A stretch of 57,219 nt of DNA, filler included, from Trichosphaerium sp. ATCC 40318 (Eukaryota > Protista > Tubulinea), in NCBI GenBank assembly GCA_038496445.1. It is 3 parts of 3 records of this genome, joined end to end, with 100 filler letters (N's around TTAATTAATTAA, not from the genome) between each part and the next. Parts side by side here need not be neighbours in the genome. Positions count along the whole stretch, not along the records: positions 27,229 to 43,318 come from JALMLS010000359.1; positions 43,419 to 57,219 come from JALMLS010000623.1; 1 more part is not named here. The stretch is one strand, 5' to 3'. Below, piece by piece: positions 36,966 through 48,303 of the stretch. Position numbers and translations under genes: made by a program. Numbering within the stretch: the first letter of the stretch is position 1; every line of letters begins with the position of its first letter. The notes under the pieces are model-generated. The model was not told the origin of the DNA. It did no database searches and worked only from the letters and a program-made list of their open reading frames with translations.

Positions 36966-37420
36966 TGGGTTGTTGTGTTCGTTTTGATTGGAAAAATCAC
37001 GTGATCGTGTGACCCGGAAAATACCCAAAACAAAAGATCTTTTTAGGGTAATCGCCCAAAGTAGCTTTTTTTTGCTTCAGCGACTGCTATGAGGTCAAAC
37101 AATTATGATGATAGAGTCTCTTATTACAGATTAATTCATTGTTGTGACTCCGTGTACAGCATTACTGGTACGTATATGATCTAACAACATCCACCGATTA
37201 TCAATTTTGGGCTTGGGTAGGTTTCGGAAAAATAATATCCACGAATACAATGTCCACGGAAAACTTTCTAGAAACCTTGCAACGCCTTATTGAGATTGAT
37301 GTTTAACCACATATGCAAAGAGATAGCGAGATAAGTCAATAGGGCGAAGGTTCAAGCCATAAAATACTCCACTACGACTTTATTACAAGACAACTAGCGT
37401 CTTGTATGTACATGCAAATT

Positions 37421-37880
37421 AGTGATACCAAACAAAGTAGAGTAAAAACAAAAGACATTGAAAATGCTGAAGAACTGGGCGAGCCAGAAATAGGTTCTAC
37501 AGGTTGATTGGATACAGGTGTAGGTGAGGCAACTGGAGCAGGTGTCTAGTAAAACCAATAAGAAAAAACCCAGAAAAGGGGTGAAAAAATGAAAGAAGGT
37601 TGTGTTAAACGTACTACAAAGTCATTACATTTTGCGATAGTACGCACTTGCGCAATATTAGAAGACCATATCTACAACAAAAATTAGACTTTAAAGAGAT
37701 ACTTGTCTTGCATTGCAAATAACTCACGTTTTTTTGTCCTGGTACTGAAGCTGTAGGACATATTTCAGGAAATACTATTCCTCCTTTACCACCATTAAGA
37801 CTACAATCTAATGACATCTAGATACAAACCAGACGTAAGAACATTACAACAGTGTTTAGAAAAAACAAAATAAATGGTAC
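37421..37880 (-). pseudogene. Duplicated 3' exons of the Cys-rich surface protein gene
   Basis: High similarity to 34355-34759 including introns, with a longer Pro/Ser-rich stalk. Confidence 0.8.
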
Positions 37881-38129
37881 TAAAAAAAACCCAGTCACGT
37901 GCAAAAACAGCGTTGTCACGTGATATATTTAAAAAATATCGTACTCTCTCGTGCCTCTTTATCTGATAGTTTGTTGTCCGAGTACGTGTCTACCAAGCAA
38001 CAAGCGACAAAACGTGAAGGGTATTTTTTACAACAGTCAAACAAATATGTGTTGTCAAAGTATCCTAAATCACGTCAAATACGCATTTAGTGGTTATTTT
38101 ACCTCTGTGTTGTATTAAAGCTGCTTTTT

Positions 38130-41100
38130 TAACGTTGTTTCTGTCCATCTTAAATAACAGACTTTCTATAGAACGCATGACATCGTAGCAAAGATTAAAT
38201 AAGTATGAGCAACATAGTCAAAGTGTTAAGCGAGCACTTGACCGGTTTAGTTTTCGAAACCAGTAGATCTTTGCAAGGAAGGAATAGCTGGAATTGAAAG
38301 CTTTATCGTCTATTCATAATGTTCATAAGCAAATACGTATTCGTAGGAACTCAAAACAGCGTTTACTATTAGTTGGCAGGGCTGTTGCTGTACAAGTTTG
38401 ATTCAAGGTCTTTCAACTAACTTGTGAATAAGGTAGGCTTCTGTAGCTACACATTATACACGGTATAAAGCAAAGCGCTTATATACCATGGTAGCCAGCT
38501 CACTAACAATATCGTCTGAAGATTTGTAAAAGTTTGATAAAAAACTATCAATCTATTATCACGTGATTAGCATCTACAAACTTCGAACACGGAAATCAGT
38601 ACCTTTGGTACTTCTCTACACCACTCAGATCGTGCTTCTACCAATGGACATTTTGCAAGCACTGCTAAAGAAAAGACAACTAGGTTTTCTTCCTTTACTG
38701 ATGACATCAACCGAGAATATTCTGGTGAACAGTCCTTGTGTTTAAAGTACGCTAACAAGATTGATAATTGTACTTAAATACGTTAAATAAAAACTACCTG
38801 AGGCATCTTTTGCATCTTTGATAGCAACACCTAGTTTTTTTATACTCTTTCTAACATGACTGTTTAGTTTTACTAGGAAAAAAACCAGTTAACATAAAAA
38901 ACTGAATAAAACAAAGTATCTCTGTACTGTTATGTGAAGCATGCAAAAGAATAATTCCTCCAATTGTACACTTTAGTACTTCTGGTGTTTTTGAGTTATT
39001 CATAGTTTTAAGGAGTTGTGGTAATATCCTCTTCATGTTTTGTACACAAACTATATAAACATGATCAGTAACAATGTAAAGAAGTTGTTGTTTACAATCT
39101 TTGTCATAAGAAAGAGCTAGAATAATGAATGGATCATAAGTTACTTTTTCTTTACTGCCTTTTATAAACGCTATTAGTTGTGATGGTAAATAACCAAAGC
39201 AAACAAGTACTGATTGTTGTAAATATCATCTTCATGAATTTTGTGTGCTAGTAAAATTATCAACCAAACTTCAAGCTCAAGCTCAAGAACAATAAGTGCT
39301 ATAATTACCTTCCGAATCAACTGCCTACATCTTGGCAGTCGTATGGCATAGTTATTTACAACTCCTACCAATACTAAACCTCTGTTTGAGCTACAACCAA
39401 CAGCGACTATTTCGTCTAAAATTGTGTTTACAGTTTTGTCACTGTAGTACCACTCTTTCTCTTTGAAAGCCATGCTTCCTTTTTCTCTCCAAATAGAATT
39501 AAAGAGGAAATCACATGCATTTACATAGCAATACCTTTCTCGTATTTTTTCCAGATTAGAAACAACTATTCCTCGAACTTTATATTTGTCTAATGCTCGT
39601 TGTACAAAACCTAAGCAAGAAGAGTCAAATCTCAATTGAAAACAGAACAGCAAGCTATGAGTTTGTACTTGGAAATTCTATGTATGATAGTATTCCTAAA
39701 ACAAATGGCAGTAGTTGGTTGTCGACCCATGGGGTTGTAATAAGTGTTGCTAAAGAATCAATGATTTCTTCCGATATTCTTATTATCATCTTTGTTTTTC
39801 TTTTTTTTGAAAAATGATATAAAGCTCTTCGTAGGATTCTGAGAGTATTGTATATCCTTGAATCATCATATATTTCATAATAAAGTGCCAGTAAGTCATG
39901 TAACCCAATAACTGCATACAGTAAGAATAAGCAACCAGTAGTAGTAAATGAACGTACCATCAACTTTTTCTTTTACAATTTCGTTTGCTAATTTAGCAAG
40001 CTTTAGCATCAACGATTCATTACAAGACACCTCAAATATTCTACTTCCTATGCTTGTTACCAAACCTTGCATGGATTTATACTGTGCTTTATCAAGGCCG
40101 CTTTCAGTAGACAATAAATTGTCAAGTACTTTTGGAAGCCCAATATCAAGTAACCATTCTTGAATATCTTCCAACTCCTGTGGATCGCCTTCTACAAATC
40201 TAAACTTAGCAATTTTATCTCACCAGTATAGTACCTCCTACTTTCCAAAGCAATGCATTTAAACATGCTGCATACTTGAGATTACGCTTTTGATTGTGAG
40301 TGTATGAAAACCGGCTGATCAAAAGCTCTACAAGACCAACAGCTTTTGTTCTTTGTATATGGTTTTTCATCTCGTAAGAACACCTTACAAGTAAACGTTT
40401 TATCGCCTTTTTTGCAGATTAGTCACGTGTTACAGAATGGCGTAATGTTGAGCTTACAGTACACGATTTCTTTCGTTTTAAACACTGTGATACAACACCT
40501 AAGAAGCCTTCTGCGTCTTGATTGCAACGTAGAATTAAGGAAACAATATTGTTCATCTCATTCGTGGTAGTAGAAATATCAAGGCAAGAAACCATAGCAT
40601 CAACTATTGTTTTGATTTCACTAGATCCGTTGGTACTCTAGAATTATAATCAAAAAAAGTAGCACTACCACCATAGGAATAACTTGTAACAGTAAACATA
40701 CCATTTTCTTTACAGCCTTTTTAAATTGTCTTGAGTTATGAAGATTTTTATCGTACAAGCCAGTGTACTTGCTATTTGCCTTGTAAAAACGTCAATGGCA
40801 CAAACAGCTTATACAATGTGGCTGAGTAATTACCCCACAAATATCTAAAAACACGTGTCTCTCGTTAGTAACTCGTGCGTTATACTTCCCAAGCCAACCT
40901 CTTCAGTAACATTAGAAAAAAAGCTAAGAGACCTTTTGTGCATACCTGTTGTTGAGTTCAATTTGAACTGCAAGCTCTCTAGTATCAAGTCGCCACTTAC
41001 TAGCATACAGGTTCATGTAGAAAGGGCGTAAATCTGAAAAACCAACGCGAACAAAGCTAAACCAATCCAATTAGTTCTATAGCTCGTTTTTATATACCTA

Positions 41101-41193
41101 CGATTTACAAGTGGATGTTACACTATTAAACGATTCAATATTGTCAATATACTCCAGCACAATTACCAGTAACTCTGTAGGCAACGTGTTCAT
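38130..41193 (-). CDS. F-box protein with helical-repeat-like body (multi-exon; 3' end approximate)
   Basis: N-terminal MNTLPTELLVIVLEYIDNIESFNSVTSTCK (F-box); Leu-rich helical exons follow. Confidence 0.55.
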
Positions 41194-42421
41194 CTCGTAC
41201 TTATTAGAATAACAGTACAGCGTAAGTGTATACTTTAGTTTCAAAGAATGGTATAAGTTCGCTGACTAAGGGTCAATGCACGATGAGTTACACTCAACTA
41301 ACAACGAACTGTTGTGACTCACTCTGTACGTAGCATATGACAGTAAAAGACTCTCTAAAATATAGACATGTTACGGTCAACATTGCGAACATTGAACGCA
41401 CTTGAAATTCTCACAGCGAAATCATACATGAAAAATATTTGAAAAACTAAAGAAGACAAAATAGCACTGTCAGTGGTAGAAAAGAACGACTGAGGCAGCC
41501 ACTTGAGACTTGTAGTTAGATCTATTCAAGGTATTGTTTATTGAGAGGATTAAACCAACTACTGCCACTGAGCAACAGCACAATCGCGTTGTACGATTGT
41601 TTATCAAGCCAATATCATTGAAGCGTCACAACACTTGTGTTGCGACAGGACTTTTTACCTTTTCTAATATACTGTTGTCCTCAATCCACGTGCTTCTACA
41701 AAGGAGTTGCCTCACGTTTTTTACCTACAATGAAATAAAGATCAACCCTTCTTGTGCCATACTAAACCGCCATATCCTCATACCAGAACTCGTTGTTCAT
41801 GATATTTTGAACAATTTCGGCAATATTGGCGAGGCCGAAAATGCATGTTACTAAAAAGACACATTCAGCAAATCACGTGAACAAGACGTTTTTTTTTACC
41901 CGCTCTAAACAGCGCTAATAGAATGTCAATATAGCTCAGGTATATCTCAACACTTTCCCGCAAACTTCGGCCGCAAAGAATTGTGATTCGCAATGGAGAT
42001 GTTTGGGGTTGCCCATACCTACTACTTTAAATAGCCACAGTGCCAGATGTTAGCATCTGTGTAAGTACAAAACTAGCAAATCGTTTAACGTATAGCTAAA
42101 TAGTTGTGCACTCCATATTCAAGACCTTGATGTATAGATTTTAAATGATGGTGAGCAAATCATAATTTTAGGAGATGTTTGGGTAAAAAAAAGCCTTCGA
42201 ATTTGGATTGTACAAGACACCATGGCTGAATCCAAAACCGCAATTACTGGATTGTTTGAAAGTAGACCCAGGCATTTTCTAAACTTGTTTGTAACTGGTT
42301 CACATCTTTACAGTGAATAGAATGGCCGCATTTTTCGGCCTTACCTCAAAATAGTGTGCATTGTGACTTATTGCTGAAACATAAATTATCAATACAAACC
42401 CAACAATAACAACAACTCAAC

Positions 42422-42700
42422 ATGCAATACCTTACACTTCTCGCTCTTGCCTTACTTGCTCTCATTGCAATCAGCATGGCAAGCTTCCTTATCACTTTAT
42501 TATAAACAGAGTTACTAACTGTATAAAAGGCACAAGATGATACTGACCCAACTCGTGATCCTTGTGAACAACGCTGCATCCACAGAGGCCGTCAATGCAT
42601 CAGAGAGGGCGAAGTCCGTCCTAAAGTATGTAAAAGACGTACTCGTGCCTGCATCGCAAACTGTAGATCTGATGACCCAATTAATGATCCTGCAGCTTAA
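42422..42700 (+). CDS. Small secreted 6-Cys peptide (75 aa; GC-AG intron 42479-42529)
   Basis: MQYLTLLALALLALIAISM|AQDDTDPTRDPCEQRCIHRGRQCIREGEVRPKVCKRRTRACIANCRSDDPINDPAA*, with AATAAA just downstream. Confidence 0.8.
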
Positions 42701-43318
42701 AGTACTTGGTGTACCTCATCCCAATAAAAAACCCGGACCCTCCCTCCTTAGCAAACTTTGTTTTCAGTTTATATCGACTCATTTTCATTACTATTATGTC
42801 TTTAGCTACTATCACTCACAAGCAGTTGTAAAATGCAAGTCACCACAATTAGTTGGTTACAAGTTGTTTGTAAAAACAGTTGATTCACGACATAGTAGCG
42901 TTTACAATCCCCTGTTGGCATGTTAAAAGAACGCGATATTCATTGGCAAAAAGCCACCAAGGATTGTTGCATTAGAAGTTTGTAATAATGTCATTACAGT
43001 CCTACTTCGGAGAATAAAACGGCCGTTAGTCAAACATTATTACGCTGTTTATTTGACAGATTGTAACTACGAAGGTACTTGACATTGCATAGACAGTATT
43101 GTTAAAACAGGGCACTTTCATCAAAGATTGCAGTAACAAGAGAAGTGATAGAATTGGATTAAAACAAAAAAAAGGCTAAAAAAGCTATTCAAAGAAGCAC
43201 GTATCTCATCAAAAAAACCTCGAGATCGCCTTCCCAAATAAACAAAAGCGTTTAAAGTACTTGCAAGGGTGCATAAACTTGACGATAGGTAGAAATATAA
43301 AGTTGTTTATTGTTCTAC

Positions 43319-43418
43319 NNNNNNNNNNNNNNNNNNNNNNNNNNNNNNNNNNNNNNNNNNNNTTAATTAATTAANNNNNNNNNNNNNNNNNNNNNNNNNN
43401 NNNNNNNNNNNNNNNNNN
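43319..43418. other. Artificial contig linker
   Basis: Same 100-nt N/TTAATTAATTAA spacer. Confidence 0.97.
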
Positions 43419-43657
43419 CCAAATACAGTGCATGATGAAGCTGATGTGGATGGCTTTTTCTTTGTTAGTAGTTAGCTTGAGAGTGTTAAAAGACCAGGAG
43501 GATAAGAAAGGTGAAACATGTTTGATGAGCATACTACCTATAGCATTAGCATATTTCCATTCAAAAAATAGACAATGACAGTGTAGTGGATACATGACAT
43601 CAGAATGTTTGACTGGAAGAAGCTTGAGCAAATATCTCCAAAGAATATCTCTAGGTT

Positions 43658-44586
43658 CAGGGCTGAAACTAAACAAGGCTTTGCCTTAAATATGAAGGCA
43701 TTTTTTTAAAATCAGGCATTGATGGTAAAAATCAGGCATGCAAAAATGGCAATGCCTGATTTTGCAAAGGCAATGGCAGAAAAGGCAAAAATCAGGCATT
43801 GAAATAAGACTTTGTTGGGCAATGCCTTAATTGTTGCAATGCCTTGTTTTTTTTAGGCAATGCCTGCCCTAGTTTTTTTATGCATTGCCAGCCTTAAATT
43901 TACAGACACCAATTAGGCATTGGTTGTGTACACATTGTACATTAAGGATACATTGGTTTAAGGTAAGTCTCCACCACACCAACACTTCCTAAACATTTTT
44001 TTTCATTTACTACTGACGTTTTATATAGACGACGTCACCACTCTCTTAGTATTTTATAGATTCTAACGAAACCACCGCCATTCAAACCGCAGCACCCAAA
44101 TACACCTACAACAGGAGTATAGGTACTTTAAACCATTTTTCCAGTCCGCGAAAATTATACCAATAATTTGTTAATTTTTTTTTCTAACTAAAGGTTTTTT
44201 TTCACATGGAGGACATTGAAGTTTTTTGTGTTTTGTGTACTGTACTTTAATAAATGAATCACTATTGTATGCCTATATAAAGCCTTGTTTTATGAGTATA
44301 TGGTGCCTGGGTTATGCCCAAAAATTGAGGGCAAAAATGCCTTATTGTTGCACTAAAAATGAGGCATTATTGGACCAACAATGCAGGCTATTTTAAGGCT
44401 AATTAGTGAACCAGTTGCTTGCTATTTGGCCCAAATATGAGGCTCCAAAGCCCAAAATTACAAGGCAATGCCTCATATTTGCTCATTTTTTTTGGCAAAA
44501 ACAAGGCAATTTGGTGAAAAATAAGGCTGTATTTGGTGGCAAAAAAAAGGCTTTTGCAAAAAAAGCCTTATTTAGTTTCAGCCCTG
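43658..44586. mobile_element. Non-autonomous TIR element copy 2
   Basis: Same TIRs as 19651-20579. Removing it with one copy of the 2-bp TSD TT restores the LINE frame GVNKPRDILW. Confidence 0.92.
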
Positions 44587-44740
44587 TTTGTTGACTCCTA
44601 AGCTTACTGACAGACTTGAACTTTCCAGCCTAGATCTATCATTGCTTGAAAAGTAGGTGGCCAGTGAACCTGGTTGGGAGCAGGGGTATTATGTTTGACA
44701 ATGTCAAAGACTTTGACATAGGTTTGATTAGGAGGAATTT

Positions 44741-47700
44741 GGTGTGGCTCACAAGCCGCGAAAGCCAATGAGCTGTATGACAAAGTTATGCTATTCACGC
44801 CTACTGAGTTGGCCAACTATGCCAAGCGCAAGAGTAACACGCGTTTGGAATCTGATGCTAGCAAAAAACCTAAACTATCTAATGACTGACTTTACCGTAG
44901 CCACCTCTAACACTAGGAGATTTTGTAACGTCGGCAAAACTCGTTTAGCGTGTAACGACTTAAAAATAAACTTACTTTTGTTAACCAAGACTAACCATCC
45001 GCTAACTAGCAAACAGCTTAACACAGGCAAGATTGGAAAAGGTTGGTTCACGTGTGATCGTACCAAGAAAGGCAATGGCACTATGTTGTTTAACTCTTCG
45101 CCCGTTGAGCTTATTGACTCATCTCTTGGCCGGTTCCTTAAGGTGCGCACCAAAATTGGCTCTTCGTCTGTTGTCGCTATGTTTGTATATATGGCGTCTG
45201 TAGGTCCCCGTCGTTCTCAATGGTGTGAGCTAAAGCGGTTTGCCACCAATTCTGACATAGTTTTGGGCGATTTTAATGTCCATGATGACCAATACGCTAG
45301 CGCGTCTCGTGACTACGCTGAAATGACTAAAATCATGCTTGGACTTGGTTTTGTGGACGCTGCATTGTGGTATGGTGATCCAGTTCACACGTTCACTTCC
45401 TCTTCAGGTACGTGTAGCTGTATCGACTACATTTTTGTCCGCCAAAAATGGCTTTCTAAAATTAAGTGTGTTCACACGTTTCGTATCCCTGGCACTGATC
45501 ACCGTACTCTTGCTGTCACTTTTTTGCTGCCCTACAAGCAACACAAACCGTGGTGACTCAATCCTGTTGCATGGAAAAAGTCACGTGTTTCTTCCATATT
45601 AAGAGAGTCGCTTGACAATTTAGAAGCGTCTCTGCCCTCCGATTACCACAAACTCAAAGTGGCTTTAGTAAATGATGTCAAATGTAATCAAAAAATATTT
45701 TTGAAAGTGCGTAACAAATTTTGGCGCGAATATACCCTTAAAGTTGTTAATGACAATTTTATATCTCCACAGGAGGAGTCCAGGTACAACGAGCTAATGG
45801 CTGAACGTTGTGAATTTGTATGCCCTATGGTCAGGTGATGAAAGTGCTATGTCCAAGTTTCTTGACTATTGGACAGTGTACTGTAAAGATAAGATTTCAA
45901 CTGATATGTCAGCTGCCATCACCACCAAAAAAATACTTAAAGCCATCAAATCTATGCCAACCAACAAAGCTTCTGGCCCTGATGGAGTAGGTATGTGTCT
46001 TTACAAAGACTTGGGATTTTCTATTGCCCGCCATATGTGCCCTCTTTTCAATGACATCTTGAATGGCACTGCTCATGAATGGCTGGGCAGGGGCGTCATA
46101 TGCCCGCTATATAAACAAGGAGATGCTAGTCTACTAGACAACTATAGGCCTATTGTGTTGCTCAACAATGACTACAAAATATTTATGAAGATTATCAATA
46201 ACAGGCTACTCAAATTTTTACCCAACATTATTAGCTCTAACCAAAATGGTTTTATTCCAGGTCATGATATTGTTGATAACCAAATAGCCACACTAGAAAT
46301 TGTTGAGTCACACCAAATGTCAGGCACTCCCCTCTCTCTTTGTCCTTTAGACAACAAAAAAGCCTTTGATAGTTGTGCCCACAATGTACTAATTCTTGTC
46401 CTTATGCACATTGGTGTCTCTGAAGGTATTGCCAAAGCTATTGTTAGCCAACTTCAAATTCAAGTAGCAGTTAGAATTAATGGTGTTGTGTCCAACAAAA
46501 CTTTTAAAGTTGAAAGGGGCACTGGTCAAGGTAACCCTCTTTCTCCCACTTTATTTGTCATTATGCTGAAACCCCTTAATTGCATGATTAACCAGTGTAA
46601 CGATGTATCTGGAGCCAAGACACTTTTTCTACTGCTCAAACAAATTCTGTTTGCTGATGATGCTCTTATCACAGCATCATCATCTTCTGATATTACATTA
46701 TGTTTAGTTATGATCAACAAGTTCTCAAAAGCTTCTGGTTTATTCTTAAACAAATTCAAATGCTTTCAAATCAATGTAGTTGGAAATATACAACAGGCAC
46801 TTCCCACATCTCCAGGCACCAAATACCTAGGCTTTACTTTGTCTTCTTTTAACACCTTAACTTTTGATTTTCATGTTGCACTTACCAAAATTATCAAGTC
46901 TCTCAATTCATGGAAACTTTATGCTAAAACTTTGAAATCTTTTTTTTTTTTCAAAAAAAAGGTGGGTTTATTGTGCTGTGGACAACAATAACCACGCATG
47001 CAATTGGGTTACATTAGGTTTTCTAAAACTTTGAAATCTAAACATTCTATACTTAGAACTTATGCTCAGTCTCAAATATTGTATTTCTTTAGACCATTGG
47101 ACATTCCTCTCAGTGTTGATAAAGAATGGCGAAATATTGTTAATTGGTTTTTATTTTATGGTTATTACAATAGTGTCAACAATGTTTCTAACAGTTCACA
47201 TACTTATTGTTCTTCTTTAAGAGCTAGAACTTGTTTGCCATTTCATTTGGGGGGTTTATCTATCCTTGATATATCCACCATAGCCAACAACTTCAAAGCC
47301 TCATTATGGTCCAAACATACAAGAACTATTACTTTATACTCAGACTTGTGGGAATCTAAACTTTCAAATATAGGCAATGAATGTTTTGCCCAATGGCTCA
47401 AATTAGCTAAAAATGTCAAAATACCCCCTACTCAAAGGTATACTAAAGTGTCTGACATTGTCAAACACAATACACCCAAAGCTTCTGAAGTAAAATGGCC
47501 CCCCACATTGCAGGCAATGAGGGATAAAGGATGGAAAGTCCATAAGATGATGAAGTCTGTCAGTTCACTTAGGGGAATTAATAGGCCATGTGATATTTTG
47601 TGGCGTTTTTTACTAAAATTACTACCAGTCAAGCATTCAGACTCACAGTACCCACTTCAACGTCATTGTCTTTTCTTTGAATGGGAATATGCAGTGGCTA

Positions 47701-48303
47701 TAGGCAACATGCTTATCGAGCACATTTCTACTGGACTCAATAGTTGGAATGAAAATACACTCAAAGTATCTGCTAATAAGGAAAAAGCAATTCATATAAG
47801 TTTCATTATGCACTGTATATGAAAATGTCACAATTCATTCATACATGATCAGGAAATTCCCACCACCCACAAGGTAATGTTTTGGCATCAACAAAACATT
47901 CTTGTAGCCTTGAATATTGACAATTCCCAATGTGAATCATTATCAGATAAAGACAAGTTTATACAAGTTGGCCACTACTGGAAATCTGCTAATTGGATGG
48001 CCAATTTTAAAGATACATGGGAGGATTGGGGTGTTGGTTTACCTCCACCTCCAAATCCACCCCCTTTACCACCTACCAACTCCAAAAACACTTATGTCAA
48101 TAACCAGTTAAAATTACTAACCCCACCCATATGTAGGTCAAGTAGGCAAAGACACAACTATTATTCAGATGATGAAAGCTCAGACGAATGGGATGAAGAT
48201 CTTTATTTTGAACTATGAAAACATAAAATGTAATAAACAGCACGCGTGGTTATTGTCGTCCACAGCACAATAAACCCACCTTTTTTTAAAAAAAAAAAAA
48301 AAA
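44741..48303 (+). mobile_element. L1/Tx1-like LINE (5'-truncated in ORF1; ORF2 APE endonuclease + RT from 44882; poly(A) tail)
   Basis: EN motifs ATSNTR, GDFN, IDYIF, TDH; RT motifs KASGPDG, NYRPIVLLNNDYKI, KAFD, QGNPLSP, FADD, YLG. 15-bp TSD GATTA(G/A)GAGGAATTT at 44726-44740 and 48304-48318. In-frame stops present. Confidence 0.93.
46941..47022 (-). mobile_element. ~80-bp 5'-truncated LINE 3' end with poly(A), inserted antisense in ORF2
   Basis: Reverse complement resembles 48220-48303. Flanked by TSD CTAAAACTTTGAAATCT (46924-46940, 47023-47039). Confidence 0.9.

Noticed and set aside
41520-41850. Possible gene on either strand
   Set aside because: The most protein-like minus frame has several stops, and the plus ORF has no recognisable features.
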